Sequence record: SRR31156797_3768
Length of the DNA: 64,000 nucleotides
Strand: one strand, 5' to 3'
Shown here: in pieces, positions 17,732-27,120 of the stretch
Position numbering within the stretch: position 1 is the stretch's first letter
Layout of the letters: each line of letters opens with the position of its first letter
Position numbers and translations under genes: made by a program
Notes under the pieces: model-generated
What the model saw: only the letters and a program-made list of their open reading frames with translations
The model's database searches: none
What the model was told of the DNA's origin: nothing

Positions 17732-20410
17732 ATGAAGAAACAAGTTTATATCATCTCTCACAGCCACTGGGATCGGGAATGGTACATGCCTTACGAACAG
17801 CATCACATGCGGCTAGTTGAATTGATGGATGATCTTTTAGAGTTAATTGAAAATGACCCTGAGTTCCACAGCTTCCATCTAGATGGGCAGACGATCATCT
17901 TGGATGACTATTTAGAAGTGCGACCTGAAAAACGCGAAGCGGTCAAAGCGGCCATCAAACAAGGAAAATTACAGATCGGTCCGTTTTATATTTTGCAAGA
18001 TGACTTTTTGATAAGTGCTGAATCAAACACCCGTAATATGCTGATTGGAATGGCAGAAAGCAAAAAGTGGGGCACCCCTGTTATGTTGGGTTATTTCCCA
18101 GATACTTTCGGCAATATGGGGCAAACCCCGCAAATGATGCTGCAAGCCAATCTTGAAAGTGCTGCATTTGGACGTGGCGTCAAACCAATCGGCTTTGACA
18201 ACGAAGTTTTACCCGATGATCAATTTACTTCCCAATATTCTGAAATGCATTGGGAAGGTCCAGATGGCAGTCAAATCTTTGGTCTACTTTTTGCCAACTG
18301 GTACTCCAATGGCAATGAGATTCCAGTGGATAAAGCAGAAGCCAAAGCTTTTTGGACACAAAAACTGCAAGATGTAGAGAAATTTGGTGCCACCAATCAT
18401 TACTTAATGATGAATGGGGTCGATCATCAACCTGTCCAAAAAGACATTTCGGCAGCGATTCGTACAGCTAACGAGCTTTTCCCAGAGTATGAATTCAAAC
18501 ACGCCAGCTTTACCGAATACCTTGAAGCGGTGCAAGCAGATCTGCCAGATGACCTAGGAACTGTCACAGGTGAATTGACCAGTCAAGAAACCGATGGTTG
18601 GTATACTCTAGCCAATACCGCCTCTTCCCGAGTCTATCTGAAACAATGGAATACAAAGGTTTCCCGCCAATTAGAAAATGTCGCTGAACCATTAGCAACT
18701 ATGGCTTATGAAGCAAGCGGCAGCTATCCTCACGATATGTTGGATCATGCGTGGAAAACACTGATGCAAAATCATCCTCACGACAGTATCTGCGGCTGTT
18801 CAGTGGACGAAGTACACCGAGAAATGATGCCGCGGTTTGAAAAAGCCAATGAAATTGGTAAGTTCGTGGCAGATGAAGCGTTACGCAATTTAGTAGCCGC
18901 CATCGACACGAGCAGGTTTCCTGAGGAGAGTCGTCCCTTTGTGGTCTTCAACACCACTGGCAGCACCCGTTCTGGTTTAGTGGAAGTCGTGATCGAACTT
19001 GAGCGTAAAACATTTCGTGAAGGATTGCCAAGCAAGCTTTACCACGAATTATTGGCGAAGCCAAAAGGTTCTTATTCGGTGATCGATGAACAGGGGAAAC
19101 CTGTTGCTGCGATCATCAGTGAAGAAGAGGTCCTTTTTGACTATGAATTGCCTAAAGATGCCTTTCGGATTCCTTTCATGAAACGCTTTGTCACGGTTCA
19201 AGTAGAAGCAAACCAGTTGCCGGAATTTTCATGGCAGACCTTTGCCCTAGTGGAAAAAGCCGCTACGCCAGTAGAGAGCGCACCGATCGTTTCAGAAGGA
19301 GGGCGTAAACTTGCCAACGCACATTTGGAAGCCGTCATTACTGAAAACGGCAGCTTGACGATTACAGACAAAGCAACCCAAAAAACGTATCGCAATTTAC
19401 TGGTTTTCGAGGATGTGGGGGATATCGCCAATGAGTACATCTTCAAACAACCAGAAGGGGATCAAGCAATCTTATCGACGCAATTTCCGCATCAGGTGAC
19501 GATCGAACAAAACGATCCGCTGGTGGGAATTGTGCGACTGACACAAGAATTACAGATTCCTGTTTCAGCAGATGACCGTTTGTTAGAAGAACAAAAAGCT
19601 GTCGTCGATTTCCGTTTCCGTAAAGCACAGCGGAGTCAAGAATTGGTTGCTTTCAAGATCGAGACGGAGATTCGCTTAGAACGAACCAGCAACCGCCTGG
19701 CATTTAAAACCACCGTCAACAACCAAAGCAAAGATCACCGACTGCGGGTTTTATTCCCAACAGGGATTATCACGGATTTCCATGAAGCTGACAGCATTTA
19801 TGAAGTCGTAAAACGGCCGAATCAGGTTTCCAGTCATTGGGAAAACCCAACGAATCCGCAGCATCAACACGCCTTTGTCAACTTGCATGATGAAACAGGC
19901 GGCATGACGGTTTCTAATTTTGGTTTGAACGAATATGAAATCGTGAAGGATCAGATCTGCTTGACCTTGTTGCGCTGTACGGGAGAGCTAGGCGATTGGG
20001 GCTACTTCCCAACACCAGAAGCGCAATGCTTAGGCAGCCACACCTTTGAATATGGCGTAGCCTGTCATGGGGCTCCTGAAGAACGTTATGAAACGTATCG
20101 CCAAGCACAAGCTGCCCAAGTTCCTTGGACGGCAAGCCAGACCGACAAGCATCAAGGCAAGCTAGCCAGCAGCAACCAATACATGGAAGCTCATGGAACG
20201 ACGGTAGCTATCACCGCCTTAAAACGCAATCGCCAAGACCAGCAGATCGTTTTGCGGGGCTATAATTTGGCGGATCAAGCCACTGCCTTTCATGTGCAAA
20301 AAGAGCAGGCGACACTCTGTCTGTTGAACCTATTAGAGGAAGAACAAGCATCGTCCGTCAATGAGCAATTACATCCATATGAAATTCGAACCATTGGAGT
20401 AAAGGAGTGA
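17732..20410 (+). CDS. GH38 alpha-mannosidase
   Basis: HSHWDREWY, FHLDGQT, GYFPDTFG, NGVDH, HPHDSICGCS. Confidence 0.95.
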   Translation: MKKQVYIISHSHWDREWYMPYEQHHMRLVELMDDLLELIENDPEFHSFHLDGQTIILDDYLEVRPEKREAVKAAIKQGKLQIGPFYILQDDFLISAESNTRNMLIGMAESKKWGTPVMLGYFPDTFGNMGQTPQMMLQANLESAAFGRGVKPIGFDNEVLPDDQFTSQYSEMHWEGPDGSQIFGLLFANWYSNGNEIPVDKAEAKAFWTQKLQDVEKFGATNHYLMMNGVDHQPVQKDISAAIRTANELFPEYEFKHASFTEYLEAVQADLPDDLGTVTGELTSQETDGWYTLANTASSRVYLKQWNTKVSRQLENVAEPLATMAYEASGSYPHDMLDHAWKTLMQNHPHDSICGCSVDEVHREMMPRFEKANEIGKFVADEALRNLVAAIDTSRFPEESRPFVVFNTTGSTRSGLVEVVIELERKTFREGLPSKLYHELLAKPKGSYSVIDEQGKPVAAIISEEEVLFDYELPKDAFRIPFMKRFVTVQVEANQLPEFSWQTFALVEKAATPVESAPIVSEGGRKLANAHLEAVITENGSLTITDKATQKTYRNLLVFEDVGDIANEYIFKQPEGDQAILSTQFPHQVTIEQNDPLVGIVRLTQELQIPVSADDRLLEEQKAVVDFRFRKAQRSQELVAFKIETEIRLERTSNRLAFKTTVNNQSKDHRLRVLFPTGIITDFHEADSIYEVVKRPNQVSSHWENPTNPQHQHAFVNLHDETGGMTVSNFGLNEYEIVKDQICLTLLRCTGELGDWGYFPTPEAQCLGSHTFEYGVACHGAPEERYETYRQAQAAQVPWTASQTDKHQGKLASSNQYMEAHGTTVAITALKRNRQDQQIVLRGYNLADQATAFHVQKEQATLCLLNLLEEEQASSVNEQLHPYEIRTIGVKE

Positions 20411-20413
20411 GAA

Positions 20414-21289
20414 ATGATGGTTTACGGAGGAATTGAAGCCGGCGGCACAAAAATGATTTGTGCCGTTGCCGATGAACAGCTGACGATCATCGCCCAAGAG
20501 TCGATCCCAACGACAACGCCAGAGGAAACGTTAGCGGCGATCTTTGCCTTTTTCGATCCCTACGATCTCGTGTCATTAGGGGTAGGTTCCTTTGGTCCGA
20601 TCGGGATCGATCCAACCCAAGCGACCTATGGCCACATACTAGCCACGCCGAAACAGGGCTGGCAGCAGTTCGATTTTCTCGGTGCGTTGAAGAAGCGCTA
20701 CCCAGAGACAGCATTTGCTTGGACAACAGATGTCAATGCTGCCGCTTATGGAGAATTACGCCAAGGAGCGGCACAAGGCAAAGACAGCTGTGTCTATTTG
20801 ACGGTAGGGACCGGCATTGGCGCCGGGGTCGTTCGTGAAGGAAAGATTTTCGAAGGGATCGGTCATCCAGAAATCGGTCATACCTATGTCAAACGCCACA
20901 GTGAAGATATGTATGCTGGTACATGCCCGTATCACGGCGACTGTTTGGAAGGATTAGCCGCAGGGCCTTCTTTGGAAGGACGTACGGGGATCAAAGGACA
21001 AGACTTGCCGCAAGCGCACGAGATTTGGGGGTTGCAGGCCTTTTATCTAGGGCAAGCGCTGGTCAATATCACGTTAACTTTAGCACCTGAGATAATCATT
21101 TTAGGCGGTGGGGTCATGAATCAGCCGCATTTACTAGCTCAAATCCAACAAGCCTTCCTGAAACAAATGGCAGGCTATATGGAGACACCACCAGTGGAAG
21201 ACTACATCGTCACTTGGGGCTTGCCGAACAAAAGTGGCATTATCGGCTGTCTCTTGTCAGGCAAAGAGCAGGTGACTGCCCATGACTAA
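20414..21289 (+). CDS. ROK family sugar kinase (ScrK/GmuE-like fructo-/mannokinase)
   Basis: GGIEAGGTK, TTDVNAAA, TVGTGIGAG, HPEIGH, CPYHGDCLEG; no HTH. Confidence 0.9.
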   Translation: MMVYGGIEAGGTKMICAVADEQLTIIAQESIPTTTPEETLAAIFAFFDPYDLVSLGVGSFGPIGIDPTQATYGHILATPKQGWQQFDFLGALKKRYPETAFAWTTDVNAAAYGELRQGAAQGKDSCVYLTVGTGIGAGVVREGKIFEGIGHPEIGHTYVKRHSEDMYAGTCPYHGDCLEGLAAGPSLEGRTGIKGQDLPQAHEIWGLQAFYLGQALVNITLTLAPEIIILGGGVMNQPHLLAQIQQAFLKQMAGYMETPPVEDYIVTWGLPNKSGIIGCLLSGKEQVTAHD

Positions 21290-22673
21290 CCTGCATTTTC
21301 CTAAAGATTTTTGGTGGGGAGCCGCTGCCAGCGGTCCGCAAACTGAAGGACGAACGGCCGATGATGGCAAAGGCGATTCGATTTGGGACTATTGGTACGC
21401 AACGGAACCAGAACGCTTTTATCAAAAACGGGGACCCAAAGATACCGTCCAGCTGCTGCAGCGTTACCCAGAAGATGTAGCATTGATGAAAGAGATCGGC
21501 TTTAATTCTTTTCGAACCTCGATCCAGTGGAGTCGCTTGCTGCCAGAAGGAAGAGGAGCGGTCAATCAACAAGCGGTGGCGTTTTATCGCGAGTACTTCG
21601 CCACTTTGATCGAAAATGGCATCGAGCCTTTCATCAATTTGTATCATTTTGATATGCCGATGGCACTGCAAAAAGAAGGCGGCTGGCTCAATCGCGAGAC
21701 TGTCACAGCATTTGCAGATTATGCCGCTTTGTGTTTTGAGTTGTTCGGTGATCAAGTCCGTCATTGGTTCACGCAAAATGAACCGATTGTGCCAGTGGAG
21801 ATGGGGTATTTGTATCAACAGCATTACCCAGCAGAAATCAACTTGGCACATGCGGTGCAAGTCGGCTACCATGAAGCACTCGCCAGCGCTTTAGCGATCC
21901 AACGCTTCCGTCAGTCTCAGCAATCAAGCGAAATCGGCATCATCTTGAATTTGACACCGACCTATCCGAAAGATCCGAATGATGAAAAAGATGGCCAAGC
22001 GGCGCAACTGGCAGATGCCTTTTTCAACCGTTCCTTCTTAGATCCAGCGGTCAAAGGCACCTTTCCGGAAGAATTGATCACTGTCTTAAACGAGTTGGCG
22101 ATCATGCCAGAAACCAGAGCAGAAGATTTGCAGATCATTAAAGAAAACACGGTCGATCTCTTGGGGGTCAACTATTATCAGCCGCGGCGGGTGCAGCAAA
22201 AGCGTTCTGCCAAAACAGCGGACACTCCAATGCCAGAAGATTACTTCGATGTTTATGATTGGCCAGAAAAGAAAATCAATCCCCATCGAGGCTGGGAAAT
22301 TTATGAACGAGGCATTTATGATACCTTGATCAACCTACGAGACAACTACGGCAATATCCCTTGTTATATTTCAGAAAACGGCATGGGAGTCGAAGATGAA
22401 ACACGCTTTATCGATGCCAGCGGTCAGATCCAAGATGAGTACCGCATCACCTTTATCAAAGATCATTTGCGGTATGTTCACCAAGCAATCCAAGAAGGCA
22501 GCCGGTGCCGCGGGTATCACATGTGGACTTGCATGGATAATTGGTCTTGGCTGAATGAATTCAAAAATCGTTACGGGTTTATTGCCGTTGATTTGGCTAC
22601 CCAAAAACGCACCATCAAAAAGTCAGGTGAGTGGTTCCGCGAAGTGATTCAGCAAAACGGCTTTGTCGATTGA
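21282..22673 (+). CDS. GH1 glycoside hydrolase (GmuD-like phospho-beta-glycosidase / beta-glycosidase)
   Basis: FRTSIQWSR, NLYHFD, TQNEP (acid/base), ISENG (nucleophile), DNWSWLN..KNRYG. Confidence 0.92.
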   Translation: MTNLHFPKDFWWGAAASGPQTEGRTADDGKGDSIWDYWYATEPERFYQKRGPKDTVQLLQRYPEDVALMKEIGFNSFRTSIQWSRLLPEGRGAVNQQAVAFYREYFATLIENGIEPFINLYHFDMPMALQKEGGWLNRETVTAFADYAALCFELFGDQVRHWFTQNEPIVPVEMGYLYQQHYPAEINLAHAVQVGYHEALASALAIQRFRQSQQSSEIGIILNLTPTYPKDPNDEKDGQAAQLADAFFNRSFLDPAVKGTFPEELITVLNELAIMPETRAEDLQIIKENTVDLLGVNYYQPRRVQQKRSAKTADTPMPEDYFDVYDWPEKKINPHRGWEIYERGIYDTLINLRDNYGNIPCYISENGMGVEDETRFIDASGQIQDEYRITFIKDHLRYVHQAIQEGSRCRGYHMWTCMDNWSWLNEFKNRYGFIAVDLATQKRTIKKSGEWFREVIQQNGFVD

Positions 22674-22697
22674 TCCTTTGTAAAAAACAACTCAATG

Positions 22698-22732
22698 AAG
22701 CGTCCTATCTTGCAAAAGGTAGGACGTTTTTC
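22698..22732 (+). terminator. Intrinsic terminator
   Basis: AAGCGTCCTATCTT-gcaa-AAGGTAGGACGTTTTT. Confidence 0.75.
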
Positions 22733-22819
22733 TGGTTTTTAGAGAATAAAAACAAAATATAAACAAAGACCTTTAATTTGTTTCATTTTATCTTTAGTTT
22801 GTTCCTTATTTTTTAGGGA

Positions 22820-22833
22820 TGAAAGCGTTATTC
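22820..22833 (+). promoter_or_regulatory. cre (CcpA) site upstream of the ABC operon
   Basis: TGAAAGCGTTATTC overlapping a -10-like TATTCT. Confidence 0.65.
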
Positions 22834-22859
22834 TAGTAGCATGAAGGAGATGATGAGAT

Positions 22860-23795
22860 GTGAAGAAAAAGGGGTTTTGGAGGAATGTCTGGCAATACAA
22901 AGCGTTAATATTGATGGCTTTGCCAGGTGTTGTCTGGTTTATCTTTTTTTTCTATATACCTGTATTCGCAAATGTGGTGGCGTTCAAAGATTTCCACATT
23001 TCACCAGACGGCTTTTTTGCCAGTTTGAAACAAAGCCCGTGGGTCGGCTTTGATAACTTTAAATTTTTATTTGCATCCAATGATGCTTGGCTGATCACTA
23101 GAAATACATTACTTTACAATATCGTATTTTTAGCATTCAACCTATTCTTTGCGATTGCCTTTGCCATTATAATGAGTGAGCTACGCAATAAGCGTTTGGT
23201 AAAAGTTTATCACACGATGTCACTGTTGCCGTACTTCCTTTCTTGGGTGGTTATTTCGTACTTTGTCTATGCCTTTTTGAGTCCAGACAAAGGGATCATC
23301 AACCAATGGATCACGGGTATGGGCGGTGAAGGAATCAACTGGTATGCTGATCCGAAATGGTGGCCGTTTATTTTCGTCTTTATGAATGTCTGGAAGAGCT
23401 TAGGCTACAACAGCATCATCTATTATGCGTCAGTGGTCGGGATCGATCAAACGTATTACGAAGCCGCGATGGTCGATGGTGCCAGCAAATGGCAGCAGAT
23501 TAAAAATGTGACGTTGCCACAACTGATTCCAATGATTTCCGTCTTGTTGATTTTGAACATCGGTGGGATCTTCCGTGCCGACTTCGGACTTTTCTATCAA
23601 GTCCCACGAAACTCTGGGGCGTTGTACCAAGTCACCTCCGTTTTAGATACGTACATTTATAATGGACTGACTGCCACAGGCGACTTCGGGATGACCGCAG
23701 CTGCCGGCCTTTATCAATCAGTGGTTGGGGCATTATTATTACTAACAGCGAATTTAGTTGTTCGTAAACTAGAACCAGATTCAGCATTATTCTAA
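22860..23795 (+). CDS. Carbohydrate ABC permease 1 (LplB/NgtP1-like)
   Basis: SPWVGFDNF, LPYFLSWVV, YYEAAMVDGASKWQQ EAA loop. Confidence 0.93.
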   Translation: MKKKGFWRNVWQYKALILMALPGVVWFIFFFYIPVFANVVAFKDFHISPDGFFASLKQSPWVGFDNFKFLFASNDAWLITRNTLLYNIVFLAFNLFFAIAFAIIMSELRNKRLVKVYHTMSLLPYFLSWVVISYFVYAFLSPDKGIINQWITGMGGEGINWYADPKWWPFIFVFMNVWKSLGYNSIIYYASVVGIDQTYYEAAMVDGASKWQQIKNVTLPQLIPMISVLLILNIGGIFRADFGLFYQVPRNSGALYQVTSVLDTYIYNGLTATGDFGMTAAAGLYQSVVGALLLLTANLVVRKLEPDSALF

Positions 23796-23808
23796 GGAGG
23801 ATGGATAA

Positions 23809-24729
23809 ATGAAGAAAAAAGTAACGAAAGTCGAGATCCGCTCCTTTAACCCAACGGTCAACCTGATTTTTAATATCGTGATCGGTCTGTTCGCGATTTC
23901 CTGTGTCTTGCCGTTTCTCTTTGTGATCGCGATCTCATTGACCAGTGAAACCTCTTTGGCAGAAAACGGCTATCGCTTTTGGCCACAAGAATTTTCGTTC
24001 GCAGCATATACCTACCTGTTTAGCGGACAAATGAGCAGCAAAATTTTCCAAGCATTTGGCGTATCTATTTTTATCACTGTTTTTGGTACCTTCGTCAATG
24101 CAACGATGACTTCGCTATATGCCTATGTCATCTCTCGCTCAAATTTTCCATTCCGTCGGTTCTTTACGATCTTCGCTTTGATCACCATGTTGTTTGCGCC
24201 AGGGATGGTTGCCAATTACTTAGTGATGGTCAACTTGATCCAATTGAAAGACACGATTTGGGCGTTGATTTTACCCCTTGCCTTAGGGCCTTTTAATATC
24301 CTTGTTATGCGGACCTTCTTTAAAAAGACGGTACCAGATAGTATTATAGAATCTGCGCGCATCGACGGTGCCAGCGAAATGAAGATTTTTCTGTCCATCG
24401 TGTTGCCCTTAGCGGTTCCAGGGATCGCAACGATCAGTCTATTTGCCGCTCTTGGCTATTGGAACGACTGGTTCAATGCATTGTTGTATATTCAAAAAGA
24501 CTCTTTAGTGCCGTTACAAGCACTTTTGATGCGGATTCAAAGTAACTTGGACTATCTAGCCAAAAGCTCTGGTATGGCTGCCCAGATCCAAGGTGGTTTG
24601 GCCGCTTTGCCAAGCGAAACTGCTCGCATGGCAATCGTTGTTGTTGCAACCTTACCGATTGCGATCACCTATCCATTCTTCCAACGGTATTTTGTCGGTG
24701 GTCTGACAATTGGTGGCGTCAAAGAATAA
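23809..24729 (+). CDS. Carbohydrate ABC permease 2
   Basis: IIESARIDGASE EAA loop, YWNDWFNA, YPFFQRYFVGGLTIGGVK. Confidence 0.93.
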   Translation: MKKKVTKVEIRSFNPTVNLIFNIVIGLFAISCVLPFLFVIAISLTSETSLAENGYRFWPQEFSFAAYTYLFSGQMSSKIFQAFGVSIFITVFGTFVNATMTSLYAYVISRSNFPFRRFFTIFALITMLFAPGMVANYLVMVNLIQLKDTIWALILPLALGPFNILVMRTFFKKTVPDSIIESARIDGASEMKIFLSIVLPLAVPGIATISLFAALGYWNDWFNALLYIQKDSLVPLQALLMRIQSNLDYLAKSSGMAAQIQGGLAALPSETARMAIVVVATLPIAITYPFFQRYFVGGLTIGGVKE

Positions 24730-24756
24730 TCAAATAAGTATAGGGAGGAAACAAAA

Positions 24757-26226
24757 ATGAATTTGTGGAAAAAAACAGCTTTTGCTGGGATGGCCGCAGC
24801 GGCAACTTTGGGAATGGCTGCCTGTGGGTCGAACGGCGCAACATCCGATTCAGAAAACAATGCAGACGGCGTAACGACTTTATTGATGTATCAAGTCGGG
24901 GACAAGCCAGAAAACTTTGATCAATTAATGGAGATCGCTAATAAACGCATTGAAGAAAAAACCAACGCTCGCATCGATCTGCAGTATATCGGCTGGGGAG
25001 ACTGGGATCAAAAAATGAGCACCATCATTTCATCGGGTGAAAACTACGATATTTCCTTTGCCTCAAACTATGTTGCGAATGCGCAAAAAGGCGCGTATGC
25101 AGATTTGACGGAGTTAGCACCAAAATATGCCAAAGAAGCGTATGATCAATTAGACGAATCTTATATCAAAGGCAATACGATCGACGGAAAATTATATGCC
25201 TTTCCAGTCAACGGCAATATTTATGCCCAACAAGTCTTGACCTTCAATAAAGAGTATTTAGATAAATATGATTTGGATATCAGCGGGATCGAATCTTATG
25301 CGGATGCCGAAGACGTGTTGAAGAAGTTCAAAGAAGAAGAACCAAACATCGCACCGTTTGCGATCGGACAAACCTTTAATGTTTCTGGAAACTATGATTA
25401 TGTGATCGGGAAAGATTACCCATTTGCTGTCAAATTGGATGGCGATACAACGAAGATCATCAATCAATACGAAGATGATGAACAAATGGAAAACTTGAAA
25501 TTGATGCACAAATGGTACAACGAAGGCTTGATCCCAACCGATGCAGCCACCAATACAACTGGTTACCCATTAGAAGGCAACACATGGTTCATGCGTGAAG
25601 AAACCCAAGGACCAATGGATTACGGCGATACGATCTTAAGCAATGCCGCAGGTCATGAATTGGTTTCACGTCCAATCACGAAACAATTAAAATCAACCGG
25701 ACAAGCGCAAATGGCAAACTTTGTCGTAGCGAATGTTTCGAAAAACAAAGAAAAAGCAGTGGAAGTGTTGGGCTTGTTGAACAGCGATCCTGAATTGTTG
25801 AATGGATTGGTTTGGGGTGTCGAAGGCGAAGCATGGGAAAAAATCGAAGGCCAAGACAACAAAATCCGTCTCCTTGATGGCTACTTGCCAAATACCCGGA
25901 TGGCTGCTTGGAACACTGGAAACAACATGATCCTTTACACACAAGAATCCATCACAGACGATATGATCAAAGAGCGTGATGAAAACATCGCTAACGCGGA
26001 AGCATCACCAATCTTAGGGTTCAACTTCAAGACTGATAACGTGAAAACAGAAATCACGAATATCGCCAATGTCATGAACCGTTACAAAGCAAGTTTAGCA
26101 ACCGGAACGATCGATCCAGAAGAAAATGTTCCGAAACTAAACGAAGAATTAAAAACCGCTGGCTGGGAGAAGGTCCGCGATGAAATGCAAAAACAATTTG
26201 ATGAGTACCGCGCAAGCCAAGAATAA
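24757..26226 (+). CDS. Carbohydrate ABC solute-binding lipoprotein (NgtS-like, DUF3502-type C-terminus)
   Basis: Lipobox MAAC; SGENYDI, IDGKLYAFP, SPILGFNF motifs. Confidence 0.9.
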   Translation: MNLWKKTAFAGMAAAATLGMAACGSNGATSDSENNADGVTTLLMYQVGDKPENFDQLMEIANKRIEEKTNARIDLQYIGWGDWDQKMSTIISSGENYDISFASNYVANAQKGAYADLTELAPKYAKEAYDQLDESYIKGNTIDGKLYAFPVNGNIYAQQVLTFNKEYLDKYDLDISGIESYADAEDVLKKFKEEEPNIAPFAIGQTFNVSGNYDYVIGKDYPFAVKLDGDTTKIINQYEDDEQMENLKLMHKWYNEGLIPTDAATNTTGYPLEGNTWFMREETQGPMDYGDTILSNAAGHELVSRPITKQLKSTGQAQMANFVVANVSKNKEKAVEVLGLLNSDPELLNGLVWGVEGEAWEKIEGQDNKIRLLDGYLPNTRMAAWNTGNNMILYTQESITDDMIKERDENIANAEASPILGFNFKTDNVKTEITNIANVMNRYKASLATGTIDPEENVPKLNEELKTAGWEKVRDEMQKQFDEYRASQE

Positions 26227-26257
26227 GCAACAGGTGGTTCTCATAAATCAATAGATC

Positions 26258-26327
26258 AAGCAAGCCGGAGGCTAAACGCATCAGGACCAATGGTTCCCAC
26301 GTCTAGCTTTTGGCTGCTTTTTCTTTT
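26258..26327 (+). terminator. Long hairpin terminator after the SBP gene
   Basis: AAGCAAGCCGGAGGCTAAACG...CGTCTAGCTTTTGGCTGCTT followed by T-tract. Confidence 0.6.
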
Positions 26328-26499
26328 AAAGTAAATAGCAAAATCTTTGATAAAAAACGTTACTTTTGTTTTTAACGTTCAAACAGCAAGCATGTTGCAT
26401 CTAAAACGTACATAGCATTAAAAGATTCTCAGGTAGCTTGAGTAGGAAGCTGGAATCATGCTACATTTTCGGTAGGGAACAAATAAGGGAGGAATTTAA

Positions 26500-27120
26500 A
26501 TGGAAGAAACAGCAAATAGCGGGTTGGTCAAGGGCTTTCGCTTGATTTGGGCGATCGTGAAGTTGAATTTGTTTTTTGTCGTATTGACGCTTGCCGGTGG
26601 TGGAATCTTAGGAATCGGTCCAGCGTTTCATACCATCAGTGCTTTGATCCACGAAGATGGACTGAACTATGAGAATCAAAGCTTTCGTAGTGCATGGCGC
26701 ATTTGGCGCAACGTCTTTGTCAAGGCCAACAAGCAGTTTTATCTGTTTTTCCTACTGACAGGGTTCTTAGTGTATAACTTGTATTTAGCTACCCAGATCC
26801 AAGGCTTGATTTGGTTGATGATCTCTTTTGTTTTAGTTGTTGTCAGTGGATTGAGTGTTTTACTGTACCTGTTAAGTGTGGTTTTTGACACGTCTTATGA
26901 GATTTCCTTGTGGAATAACCTGAAATTGTCCTTTGTGTGTCTGTTTCTTCATATGGCGACCTTTCTAAAATTACTGGTTGGGATCGCTAGTATTCTAGTT
27001 TTTACTTGGATGATGAAAGGGCTCTTGCTCTTTGGAACCTTCAGCTTACTGATTTTATGGTGCCATGTGGCGATCAGCCAGGAAAAAAACGTCATTGATC
27101 GGGATTTGGCACATGACTAA
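26500..27120 (+). CDS. YesL / DUF624 membrane protein
   Basis: LNLFF..TLAGGGILGIGPA motif; first gene before the YesMN-type two-component system. Confidence 0.8.
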   Translation: MEETANSGLVKGFRLIWAIVKLNLFFVVLTLAGGGILGIGPAFHTISALIHEDGLNYENQSFRSAWRIWRNVFVKANKQFYLFFLLTGFLVYNLYLATQIQGLIWLMISFVLVVVSGLSVLLYLLSVVFDTSYEISLWNNLKLSFVCLFLHMATFLKLLVGIASILVFTWMMKGLLLFGTFSLLILWCHVAISQEKNVIDRDLAHD

